A DNA stretch of 64,000 nt. It comes from Candidatus Poribacteria bacterium (GTDB lineage: Bacteria; Poribacteria; WGA-4E; WGA-3G). The stretch covers positions 82,741-146,740 of the forward strand of contig CAXXUA010000007.1 in NCBI GenBank assembly GCA_963663765.2, written 5' to 3'. The notes below the pieces were generated by a model, which was not told where the DNA came from, made no database searches, and saw only the letters and a program-made list of their open reading frames with translations. This document shows, in pieces, positions 10,169 to 19,630 of this stretch. The position numbers and the translations under genes are program-made. Numbering within the stretch: the first letter of the stretch is position 1; each line of letters begins with the position of its first letter.

Positions 10169-10292
10169 GTTGTAAGTGCGCTTGTCCCTCTCCCCTTAAG
10201 GGCGTGCTTACAACAGATCGCGATTTGGGTAGGCGCGCTAACCAAATCGCGATTAAAAGGTAGTGGTCTTCGGATCACTACCTTAGTTTTTT
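10169..10292 (+). ncRNA. candidate structured RNA or RNA 3' end: three adjacent hairpins followed by a T-run
   Basis: stem mismatches in hairpins 1 and 3 are G.U-compatible on the + strand; hairpin 3 has a C(UUCG)G loop. Confidence 0.4.
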
Positions 10293-10350
10293 ATAATAGC
10301 TTGAGTTTCTACCTACAAGCTTTTAAGCAGATAGTTACTGGTCATTACTA

Positions 10351-11227
10351 GAGCGTATCTCATAAATATTTTAGTGACATACGTATGCAAGCAAGAAGTA
10401 CAAAACCTAAATAATTTTCAGCGTAGTATTCCCAACGAACAACTAAACGCCGATAATCCTCTAACCAACTGAAAAATCTTTCTACTTTGAAACGACGCTT
10501 ATACCGTCGTAAACGCCGACCATCCTGTGTAGCCTGTTTTTTACGATTCTTTTTATGAGGTGCTACCATTTCAATACCACGTTCCCTCAAAGAAGCATCT
10601 AAAGGATCAGAGTCATAAGCTTTGTCCCCAATCAACACTGCGGGGTTTTCGGATGTCCAACACGCATCCAATGCCGGTTCAACCAAGCGCACTTCATGAC
10701 AAGAAGCCTTTGTAATCAGAACACTCACAGGTCTACCAGACTTTTCTGTAATCGCTACCAGTTTTGTCCCTTTGCCGCACTTCGTTGGACCAACACAAAT
10801 GCCTCCTTTCTTGGCAGGAACGAATTTCGCATCAATACAACACTCACTCATATTTATTTTTTTTCGTTTTTCAAGCATTTCTGTGAGTACCATTTGAACT
10901 TTTTCAAGCGTTCCATCCGATGACCATTGCTGAAAACGACGATGACAGGTTTGATAGGGTGGATACTTTTCTGGTAAATCCCGCCAGGGAGCTCCTGTTC
11001 GCAACACCCACAGTATCCCATCTAACACTTCTCTATTACCACGCCAAGGTCTCCCCGGTTTATCCGATGGTGGTTCTGGCATTAGGGGTTCAATAATTTC
11101 CCATTCCTTATCACTAAGTTCCATTCAAATCATCCCCTTACTTATAGTAGAAATAGATATAGTTTAGCAGAGATGATGAGAAATTAAAAGAAAAAATCAA
11201 ACCATTTAATATTTATGAGATACGCTC
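10351..11227 (-). mobile_element. IS5-family (IS427-like) insertion sequence
   Basis: perfect TIR GAGCGTATCTCATAAATATT / AATATTTATGAGATACGCTC, TA on both flanks. Confidence 0.9.
10360..11124 (-). CDS. IS5-family transposase, single ORF
   Basis: LRTGAPWRDLP, GDKAYDS, RRFKVERFFSWL, RRLVVRWE. Confidence 0.92.
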   Translation of the reverse strand: MELSDKEWEIIEPLMPEPPSDKPGRPWRGNREVLDGILWVLRTGAPWRDLPEKYPPYQTCHRRFQQWSSDGTLEKVQMVLTEMLEKRKKINMSECCIDAKFVPAKKGGICVGPTKCGKGTKLVAITEKSGRPVSVLITKASCHEVRLVEPALDACWTSENPAVLIGDKAYDSDPLDASLRERGIEMVAPHKKNRKKQATQDGRRLRRYKRRFKVERFFSWLEDYRRLVVRWEYYAENYLGFVLLACIRMSLKYL

Positions 11228-11388
11228 TAATATAACAACGATTTTCCATCTATTTTGATGATATTTATTCTAAATCAGGGTTAGAAACCCTTCCTACAAG
11301 AGTATTCCGATGTAGGTAGTAACTTGACGACTTGTGCCAGTTAACCCATTGTTTTCAAAGTTTTTACATATATTAGGTTTATAATGCG

Positions 11389-11602
11389 CACATATCGTCC
11401 CTACCAAATCAACGCCAAATGCGCCAAATCAACGGTATGAATGCCATTAAGGCATTCCCCGTATGGCATTTGTCGGGACTAAAGAGGATGTACTATGACG
11501 TTTTTCTATAAACATATCGTCCCTACCAAATCAACGCCAAATGCGCCAAATCAACGGTATGAATGCCATTAAGGCATTCCCCGTATGGCATTTGGCGGGA
11601 CT
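11389..11602. repeat. two REP units 122 bp apart, each carrying doubly nested micro-insertions
   Basis: CATATCGTCCCTAC^GGGACT host interrupted at 11405-11474 and 11527-11596. Confidence 0.85.
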
Positions 11603-11787
11603 GAAGATCGTTTCAAACTATGAAGGACACCTGCAAAACGTCATGCTTATGTGAAACAATGATTAACATATAGTTATTTAGCACAACTCGTTAACTTGGG
11701 TTATAATAAAATCATTATATTTTGAAATATCAAGATAATAATGTCTATAGAACTATGGTTTAAATGTTGTGAATCTATATAGAGATG

Positions 11788-12498
11788 TTAGATGACTTCA
11801 CAGGTGCATGCGTTTACTGGACAGGTTCCAGCAGTACATAGTTTTGGCATTGGGACGACAACATTGGGGAAGGGTATGTCAGTATCTGGTAGTCGTAGTT
11901 CTTTGTATGATGCTTTTAATATAGAGATTGCTGACTTTAGGAAAATTGTTGTGATGAGCAAACCTACAATGATATCTGGCAGTTTGGATTGTGTTACAGC
12001 AACAAATGCGGCAGCCAAAAAGACGCTTGTATTTGCAATGATGTCATTACGCGAACACACCCAAGTAGAATGCATGTTTATATCGTCTGTTTTGTGACTG
12101 GATAGGAGAAACAGACAACTTGCATTTGCAATCAAGGCGATGACACTCATTATAATCATGAAGTGAGATTCTGGGATACCACCAGCGAGAAATCTATATA
12201 TACTCTGGATCAAGACACCGATACCAAAGATAGCCATGATGCTACCTTTAAGCATTGCCGAACCTACCCGCCAACGATGACTCTTACCAATAGCATAAAG
12301 ACTGAATCCATAGACCAGCGTATCACTCAGCATGTCAAGCGAATCGGCTTGCAGCGCAACGGAACCTGCCATTATACCAACGATTAATTCCAAGCAGAAC
12401 ATTGCACCGTTGATTCCAAGTACAATCCATAAAGTTTTGGACTGTTTTTCACGGAGTTCTTCAAGTTCATCTGCTTTATCGTGACAGCAATTATCCAT
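11788..12498 (-). CDS. cation diffusion facilitator (Co/Zn/Cd efflux) family transporter
   Basis: SVALQADSLDMLSD, DDINMHSTWVCSRND; Cys/His-rich termini. Confidence 0.85.
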   Translation of the reverse strand: MDNCCHDKADELEELREKQSKTLWIVLGINGAMFCLELIVGIMAGSVALQADSLDMLSDTLVYGFSLYAIGKSHRWRVGSAMLKGSIMAIFGIGVLIQSIYRFLAGGIPESHFMIIMSVIALIANASCLFLLSSHKTDDINMHSTWVCSRNDIIANTSVFLAAAFVAVTQSKLPDIIVGLLITTIFLKSAISILKASYKELRLPDTDIPFPNVVVPMPKLCTAGTCPVNACTCEVI

Positions 12499-12586
12499 AA
12501 TAATCTCAATATCTCACATCACACTATGTAATGGTGTATTCTGGTTTATTATGTTACCATTTTTATGAGTAAAACACCAGTTTACT

Positions 12587-13807
12587 TCAAAAATATATCC
12601 ATAAAGAGGTAAAGAAAAGGTTAGGATATGTCCCAAATTCTGATTGGAATTGCGTTGGGTCATTATTCTTTGGAGGTTTTCCGATGCTTAACATACCACC
12701 AACAGATATGTGAATATCCTCAACAATATTATAACCAATCTGAGAGACAAGCCATGCAGATGTATCATTTAGATTTAACAGCAATTGACCACTGAAACTG
12801 ATTAGTGGTGTGAGTTGGTGTGTGACACCAGGAGCAAGATAGTGAACTCCGAGTAAATAAACGGCACCACGGGTGTATGCAGATTGTTCAATATTTTCCA
12901 GAAAATCTTCAGGTATGGTTACACCTGCGCCATTAAAGTGGTATTCAATAAATGCATAAGTCTCTCCACCGAAACTATAGTCAAAACCGATAGAGGAACG
13001 TAGATAGTTGTCAGATACATTTGTATCGTCTGCAAAAACTTCCGGTAAGACATAAGCAGTTTCCAACCAGAAACCTGCACCACCGATTCCGCGAGTTATA
13101 TCCAGACCTATAAGCAGATCCCTCTGATATTCCAGAAGTAAGATAGAATAATCGGTTTCAGCTGCATTTAATTGTGTACGTAGAAAAAATGCACTCTTGT
13201 CTAAGTTGAAATTGCTTCCAATTACATATCCAGTGTCTATTTCACCGAGTATACCGACTGGAATTCGTATTCGGATCGCATCTACTCCCACTCTGTCCTC
13301 TGTGTCCAGTTGGTCATACGTATAAGGTGCTATAACATCCGTTGGATTTATTGTCCTTGCACTCCCCCAAGCAATTGCATCTCGACCGATAGCGATGTCA
13401 GCAAAACTTGTGCTGTACTGCATTGAGGCACGGTCAAGATTATGGTAAATGCCAACATTACCAACCTGTTCATTTTCACTTGGATAAAATCGAGAATCAA
13501 AATCTGATATGCGATATTTTGAAGATGCAACACCGATAGCAAAAGGAGATTGAGAGAAAAGAGAAGGATCTTGAACACGCGGTGCAAAATCGTAAGCTAA
13601 GTATAGAGAAAAAGCGTCTGTTGGAGCATAAGATAAGTTGAAACGCAATCGGTTGACCACAGTACTCATTAAAGGTTCGTTTGTGTATGTGGATTTGTAT
13701 GTTGTAAAGAAGTTTTTGTAGTAACCGCCAGCGTTTAAATCCGCTTGAGCAGAATTAAATAGATTCGTTAATAATATGCAGAAAAGTATAGAAATTATTC
13801 TTTTCAT
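12587..13807 (-). CDS. putative outer-membrane beta-barrel protein
   Basis: signal peptide, GRDAIAWG..NPTD motif, alternating beta pattern, C-terminal WIYF. Confidence 0.7.
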   Translation of the reverse strand: MKRIISILFCILLTNLFNSAQADLNAGGYYKNFFTTYKSTYTNEPLMSTVVNRLRFNLSYAPTDAFSLYLAYDFAPRVQDPSLFSQSPFAIGVASSKYRISDFDSRFYPSENEQVGNVGIYHNLDRASMQYSTSFADIAIGRDAIAWGSARTINPTDVIAPYTYDQLDTEDRVGVDAIRIRIPVGILGEIDTGYVIGSNFNLDKSAFFLRTQLNAAETDYSILLLEYQRDLLIGLDITRGIGGAGFWLETAYVLPEVFADDTNVSDNYLRSSIGFDYSFGGETYAFIEYHFNGAGVTIPEDFLENIEQSAYTRGAVYLLGVHYLAPGVTHQLTPLISFSGQLLLNLNDTSAWLVSQIGYNIVEDIHISVGGMLSIGKPPKNNDPTQFQSEFGTYPNLFFTSLWIYF

Positions 13808-13818
13808 CTGCTTCGATG

Positions 13819-14520
13819 TTATTTTGTTTCATCAGTGTCTACTTGACCGTCTCTGAGCGTGATTAAGCGTCTTGCACTATCCATAACCATTGGGTCATGC
13901 GTTGAAAAGATGAAAGTCATATCGGTTTCATCATTGAGTCGACGCATCATTTCAAGTAGGTCACTGCCAGTTTTTGAATCAAGGTTTGCGGTTGGTTCAT
14001 CTGCAAGAATGATAGTAGGTTCAGAGACCATTGCGCGTGCAATTGCAACCCGTTGTTGCTGTCCTCCTGATAGCTGGGTAGGTAGTCTGTCCTCCACCCC
14101 CTCAAGTCCAACAGCCTCAAGCATTTTCTTGACTCTTTCGTGACGTTCCCCTTTTGACACACCGGCTAAAAGCATAATGTATTCCACATTTTCTTCAACT
14201 GTCAAGACTGGAATTAGGTTATATGCTTGGAAGATAAACCCGATGTTGTCGCGTCGAAAATCGGACAGTTCATTTCCGTTCATTTCAGATATGACTTTTC
14301 CAGAAAGCCAAACTTTACCTTCAGTGGGTGAATCTAAACCCGAAATGATATTTAGGAAGGTCGTTTTTCCAGACCCGGAGGGACCGACGAGTGCTGTAAA
14401 TTCTCCTGATGTGATAGTTAGATCTATACCGTTTAAGGCATTAACGGGAATGCCATCCGGATCAAATATTTTTATTACACTATCAGTAACAATTACTTCA
14501 TGATTTTGTGTTTGTTCCAT
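13819..14520 (-). CDS. ABC transporter ATP-binding protein (LolD/MacB-like)
   Basis: GPSGSGKT, LSGGQQQRVAIARA, ADEPTANLD. Confidence 0.93.
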   Translation of the reverse strand: MEQTQNHEVIVTDSVIKIFDPDGIPVNALNGIDLTITSGEFTALVGPSGSGKTTFLNIISGLDSPTEGKVWLSGKVISEMNGNELSDFRRDNIGFIFQAYNLIPVLTVEENVEYIMLLAGVSKGERHERVKKMLEAVGLEGVEDRLPTQLSGGQQQRVAIARAMVSEPTIILADEPTANLDSKTGSDLLEMMRRLNDETDMTFIFSTHDPMVMDSARRLITLRDGQVDTDETK

Positions 14521-14531
14521 AATGTTTCCTA

Positions 14532-14896
14532 CAGGACTTATGCAGTTTTCTTGATTTAATCAAGAATTATGATGAAAATGATGTAATTATCAGCATTTTT
14601 AGAGGTTTCCAGTGCGCTTACATGAAGATTAAAAAAATAATTAGGTAATTTTATCTAACCTACCCTGGTAGGCGTGCTTTGTAAGCGCGCTGGTACATCA
14701 AGTCCCAAGAGTGCGCTTACAAAGCACCAAATCAAGAAATCAACGGTATGAATGCCATTTAGGCATTCCCCGGGTATGAATGCCATTTAGGCATTCCCCG
14801 CCTACCGTATGAGAAATATTTATTACCCAATTAATAAATTAATCTAATAAATTAATCTTCATCAAAGCGCGCATACCGTTCGGTGCGTAAGTCCTG
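14532..14896. mobile_element. IS701-type MITE carrying nested elements, inserted inside the ABC operon
   Basis: CAGGACTTATGCA...TGCGTAAGTCCTG, TCCTA target duplication; nested ATGAAGATTAA element at 14622-14862 and micro-element at 14728-14799. Confidence 0.88.
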
Positions 14897-14898
14897 TC

Positions 14899-16128
14899 CT
14901 AAAAACTACGTCGCATAGCATCAACAGGTGCTATCTTTGCAGCGTGCCATGCAGGATATAAACCTGCGATGATTGTAAACAAGAATACCGCTATAGGATA
15001 AAGTATAAATTGTTGGATGTTAAGAACAGGATAAATGTACTCTTGTATTGTAACCCCCATCATCTCAATACCGGTATAGTTTATACCGAGATGTGCAAAC
15101 AGTGTGGTTAATCCAAAACCGATGATACCTCCCAAGATAATGCTAACTATTGCTAAAGTACCCGCTTCAAATAAGAGGATTCGTGCCATGCCAAAAGGTC
15201 GTGTTCCAACTGCGCGTAACACACCAAACTCAAACATACGTTCATAGAGCGACATAAAAAGCGTGTTGATAATCCCAAAGATAACGACTCCAAATAACAC
15301 CACTCCCATTATGTACTTGCTATATTTCGACATGTCCAGAATTGTCTTTAATTGTGGCAGTATTTCAGCCCAACTTAACGCTTCATTACCATATTGGGAA
15401 TATGTATTCCAAAAAGTTAATTCTTGGTTATGCGCGTAAGTTGTTGATGTGAATTTGATTGCAATTTCATGAACATTGTTACCAATTGCAAGCATCTGTT
15501 GTGCTTTTGAGATTCGAACGAATGCCATACCAGTGTTCATTGCTTCGTCAACAAAGTGGAATATACCAGAAACACGAAACCTTTCTTGTGAAAGTTCACC
15601 GCTTTCGGATTGTGTTATGGTTACGACCACACGGTCCCCGATACCAATTTCCAAGTTTTCTGCAAGTTTCGTTCCGATGATGATATCCCGGCTATCATTG
15701 CCTTCAAAGTATCTACCTTCCGTAATTGCATCGTCTATTTGTGATAAGTATCTTTCTGTAGATGGCTGAACGCCAACAAGGTTAATCGCGCTCACATTTG
15801 CTGGTGATGTAATCATACCTAAGGAAAAGGTTCTACGCGTAAAATAGTGTACATTGGCTTCCTTTGCCAATTTTGCGGTAACTTTCTCAAGTTCTTGAAT
15901 AGTCAATGATACTTCTTGTTCGTCTTGGTAACCTTTGCGATGTATTTGTGCGTCGCCGAGGAAAGACGCGGTAGCAGTTTTAATCATATTTTCTGTCATC
16001 CCAATCATGAGTGCGTCAACAAAGATTAGGGCAGCCAGACCGATACCGATAGCAATGGATGCGATGATGGTGCGGCGTTTGTTTCGTAAAAGGTTTCTCC
16101 AAGCGAGTTTGAATAGGATGAAGAACAT
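14899..16128 (-). CDS. ABC permease, FtsX/LolC-E family
   Basis: AWRNLLRNKRRT, ERMFEFGVLRAVG, YPAWHAAKIAPVDAMR. Confidence 0.92.
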   Translation of the reverse strand: MFFILFKLAWRNLLRNKRRTIIASIAIGIGLAALIFVDALMIGMTENMIKTATASFLGDAQIHRKGYQDEQEVSLTIQELEKVTAKLAKEANVHYFTRRTFSLGMITSPANVSAINLVGVQPSTERYLSQIDDAITEGRYFEGNDSRDIIIGTKLAENLEIGIGDRVVVTITQSESGELSQERFRVSGIFHFVDEAMNTGMAFVRISKAQQMLAIGNNVHEIAIKFTSTTYAHNQELTFWNTYSQYGNEALSWAEILPQLKTILDMSKYSKYIMGVVLFGVVIFGIINTLFMSLYERMFEFGVLRAVGTRPFGMARILLFEAGTLAIVSIILGGIIGFGLTTLFAHLGINYTGIEMMGVTIQEYIYPVLNIQQFILYPIAVFLFTIIAGLYPAWHAAKIAPVDAMRRSF

Positions 16129-16140
16129 AGAATTGACCTA

Positions 16141-17355
16141 TCAGTGTGTTCGCATTGCTTTTGCGGGTAATATACGTGCTGCTTTTATCGCTGGAAAAAG
16201 ACTGACTATGATTGCTGACAGCATAACTGTAATTGCGGGAATGATTAGACTTCGCATATTCACTTCTGTATACATTGTGCCAAATTTCATTCCACCATAA
16301 GTGAATTCTTGTGGTAGTTTTATACCGTTAATAGAGAGCAAATAATTGATTGTTATACCGAGTATCGCGCCGATACAAATGCTTCCGATGGCTATGATTA
16401 CTACCTCTGAGATGACCAACGAGAAGATTTGCATCGGTTTTGTGCCGACAGCTTTCAGTACACCGTATTCACGCGTTCTCTCCAACACTGACATCAGGAC
16501 TGTATTGAGAACCCCGATAGCAACAATCAACATAATAATTACTCGACCTATTGCATCCCCTTGCTGATCAGCTTTCATAGCTTTATAGAAGGATTTCGCA
16601 ACTACCTGCCATGGGGACACCTCAAGCGAGGAATCATTGATACGTGTTCGCATATCCTCTGTTACCATAGCGACCTTATTGATTTTAGTCACAGTGACAA
16701 CAATCTCGTGTACACGTCCCTCCAGCACAAAAAGTTCCTGTGCGTCTGCTATGTGCAAGTAGCATGCAACCCTATCTGTTATTGCATCCCCGCTTTCCAA
16801 AATGCCGACTATTTCGTACAGCTCATTTGCAATGGAACCGTCTGCGGCTTGTGAAAAAAGAACGATCTCACTACCAGTCGTTGCAGCAAGTATTTTGGCA
16901 AGACCTTTCCCTATGACGGCTTGACCTGAAGCTATATTGGCTAAAGTTGTTCCTTCAATCACCTTCTTGTCAAATTGGGTTGCTTTGGTTTCACGTGGTA
17001 CATCAATTCCAATGATCTGAACGGCGGTGCTTTTCTCGTTTACTGAACCGATCCCTGATGCGAACAAACGTGGAGACCATGCTTCAACGTCTGTGATACT
17101 TTGTATTGTGTCACCGACAATAGAAACACCATTTATTGTATTGTAGATCGATGGTTTATCAAGATAACCTTTACTATGTACCTGAATGTGTCCGATTCGG
17201 TTACCTGTAAATGTTGAAATCATGTTGGAATATGTGCCGTCAGACCAACCAATGAATAAAGATGAGAGCGTAAACCCAACAATCATTGCAAGTGCGGTTA
17301 AGATGGTCCGACGTTTTTGTCGGAAGATGTTACGAAATGCGATTTTCAGTATCAT
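16141..17355 (-). CDS. ABC permease, FtsX/LolC-E family
   Basis: AFRNIFRQKRRT, ERTREYGVLKAVG, FPAIKAARILPAKAMR. Confidence 0.92.
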   Translation of the reverse strand: MILKIAFRNIFRQKRRTILTALAMIVGFTLSSLFIGWSDGTYSNMISTFTGNRIGHIQVHSKGYLDKPSIYNTINGVSIVGDTIQSITDVEAWSPRLFASGIGSVNEKSTAVQIIGIDVPRETKATQFDKKVIEGTTLANIASGQAVIGKGLAKILAATTGSEIVLFSQAADGSIANELYEIVGILESGDAITDRVACYLHIADAQELFVLEGRVHEIVVTVTKINKVAMVTEDMRTRINDSSLEVSPWQVVAKSFYKAMKADQQGDAIGRVIIMLIVAIGVLNTVLMSVLERTREYGVLKAVGTKPMQIFSLVISEVVIIAIGSICIGAILGITINYLLSINGIKLPQEFTYGGMKFGTMYTEVNMRSLIIPAITVMLSAIIVSLFPAIKAARILPAKAMRTH

Positions 17356-17415
17356 AAAAACTGTTGAATTTCGTTCTAAGCTAGATATTAGAAATTTAAA
17401 TTGAGGGTTGATTAC

Positions 17416-19026
17416 TTATTTTGAAATCAACATTGACACCTGATGCGGGTCGATATTAGAACGGTGATAGGTGAGAATGTCTTTCTTGTTATCCCGATTT
17501 ATGTCAACCAGTTTGATATTTTGCTCATCTTCAGGCATATTGATTTTCACTTTTTGTGGTCGCTTCATAAATAGATGGTTTCCTTGTACACCAAGGAAGA
17601 CGTGCATTTCATTCCAGTTTTTCCCTATAAGTAAATCCAAACGTCTATCCCCGTTTACATCACCCAATAGTACTGCTGGGAAGAAGACTCTTTCTGTTTC
17701 AAAGATGTCAAGCTTAGGTCTAATTTTGCGTCTGGTTGCGGGCTGGTCTGGGAATTTTCCATCTTCCATACGATAAAACTCAAGGTCTATTGCGATGGAT
17801 TTGCCAACCATTGCGCGAGTCATCCCACCGATAGCGGTTTTCACATCATTGAACATAACATCAATCTCACCATTACCATCAAAATCCAGCATTATTACAG
17901 ATGAATAACCCCATGGCATCAACGCGCCTGCTATGCCTCGTGGTTTGATTATCATCCCAATATCTTTGTCAAATGATATTCCGTTTTGGTTTGATGATCC
18001 GAAATGTACCTCGTACATACTGCGGTGTTTGCCGATACTACGTCCGTTTAATGAGTGAATTATCATGTCAGTTACACCATCACCGTTCATATCACGGAAA
18101 GTGTGTAATACTCTTCGTTTGGTATTTTCTCTAAATCCGAAGATAAGTGAGAACATGTTCTCACCACTGAATCCAAATGCAATTGAATATGCACCGTCAG
18201 TGTCAAATGGCACGTCTGGGGTGAAAGCGACAGGTGTTGTTGAAAACCTTCCATCAGTATTTTGTAGAAATACATCAAAATGATCTCTGTTCCAGAATAC
18301 AATATCTTTTCGTTCATCTTGGTTGTAATCCATTTGATGAACACGACTGAGATACCATAGAACAGTCAACCGGTTTATCCCTACTTCTCGGTAAATAATC
18401 CCATCTTCCATTGAGATCTCATCAAGGAACGGATCGGGTGGACCGAGTTTTATCGGTGCAGTGAAGGAACCATTGTTTAATTGAGTGGAAACCCTAAATC
18501 CATCAACATCTGGTAAAATGAAGTCTTCCATTCCATCGCCGTTCAAGTCACGAGTGATGTCAATATGGGGTATTTCATTCTCATGGATAGGATTAAAATT
18601 AGTTGTGACGTTCATCAGCTTGCGTTCCACCAATGAATCAGTATCAAACCAACTTAGACGCCCGGGTTGATATGTGATGAGTCTATCACGTCCATCAATT
18701 GGTGCAATGTCAACGAACAACACTTTTTGCTTTAGTTTGGTGTCAATACTCAGTGTCCACTGCTCATCTCTGAAAGTATAGATATGTAATTTGTGTGCCT
18801 TGTTCTTGCCAGTACTCACTGTCTTGCCAGTACTCACTGTAACAAGATTCGCGAAATCTTCTCCCAGAAGAAAACCGGTCAAAGTGGTTTGCTGGTGTTT
18901 TGCAGTTCCGATGCTGATTTTATGCTGTTCATAAGAAAATGGTTTGACGTTCTCTGGTTGGACATCTTCACGAACAGTCTTTGCACAACCTGAGAAGCAC
19001 ACGCAAAGTATCGCTATAGAAAGCAT
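17416..19026 (-). CDS. FG-GAP/VCBS-repeat lipoprotein (start probably 19026 or 19056 rather than 19134)
   Basis: multiple DxNGDGxxD motifs; lipobox-like FSGC; 18-nt tandem duplication (TVSTGK x2). Confidence 0.78.
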   Translation of the reverse strand: MLSIAILCVCFSGCAKTVREDVQPENVKPFSYEQHKISIGTAKHQQTTLTGFLLGEDFANLVTVSTGKTVSTGKNKAHKLHIYTFRDEQWTLSIDTKLKQKVLFVDIAPIDGRDRLITYQPGRLSWFDTDSLVERKLMNVTTNFNPIHENEIPHIDITRDLNGDGMEDFILPDVDGFRVSTQLNNGSFTAPIKLGPPDPFLDEISMEDGIIYREVGINRLTVLWYLSRVHQMDYNQDERKDIVFWNRDHFDVFLQNTDGRFSTTPVAFTPDVPFDTDGAYSIAFGFSGENMFSLIFGFRENTKRRVLHTFRDMNGDGVTDMIIHSLNGRSIGKHRSMYEVHFGSSNQNGISFDKDIGMIIKPRGIAGALMPWGYSSVIMLDFDGNGEIDVMFNDVKTAIGGMTRAMVGKSIAIDLEFYRMEDGKFPDQPATRRKIRPKLDIFETERVFFPAVLLGDVNGDRRLDLLIGKNWNEMHVFLGVQGNHLFMKRPQKVKINMPEDEQNIKLVDINRDNKKDILTYHRSNIDPHQVSMLISK

Positions 19027-19042
19027 GCGTAGAGAAAGTGAA

Positions 19043-19594
19043 CTAAAAATATGCATGTATACCCGCACTGACATAAACGCCAGCAAGACCTTCAGATTGA
19101 GAATTACTGTTTTCTCTACCAATACCTTGACCAATACCCACGTTCAAGCCAAGTGGAATTCCACCCAGCGAAAACACAAGCTCACCACCAAAAGCTATTC
19201 CAGCAGCCAGTGTTGATATATTAACAGTTTCATTCTGCATATTCACCTCAGATTGAAATCGCCACCCACCTTCCAACGTGAAATATAACCGTGCTTGGTT
19301 CCATTTACCTTGATGCTCATATATTGCATAGGAAACCCCAGCACCTAACATGTGGTCACCAATCTGATCGTTTAGAATAAAACGTCCGACCGCTTGTAGG
19401 TATACAGGTTTCAGTCCATTGTATTTGAAACTAATGCCACCATATGCGGGTGTAGCACCATGAGAACCGATACCGAAGTTCTTGGTTAAGTTTGATTCTT
19501 GTGCTTGAGCAGAGAAAACAAGAAATAGACTCATTATGAATATAAGTCGTGAAACGGAAACTATCTGTTTTTTTTGTGTTGTATTGTATATCAT
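19043..19594 (-). CDS. small putative outer-membrane beta-barrel protein
   Basis: signal peptide ending AQA, Gly/aromatic beta strands, C-terminal HAYF. Confidence 0.65.
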   Translation of the reverse strand: MIYNTTQKKQIVSVSRLIFIMSLFLVFSAQAQESNLTKNFGIGSHGATPAYGGISFKYNGLKPVYLQAVGRFILNDQIGDHMLGAGVSYAIYEHQGKWNQARLYFTLEGGWRFQSEVNMQNETVNISTLAAGIAFGGELVFSLGGIPLGLNVGIGQGIGRENSNSQSEGLAGVYVSAGIHAYF

Positions 19595-19630
19595 TGTTAC
19601 CTATATTTAATAATCTGATGTGAAAATTTG

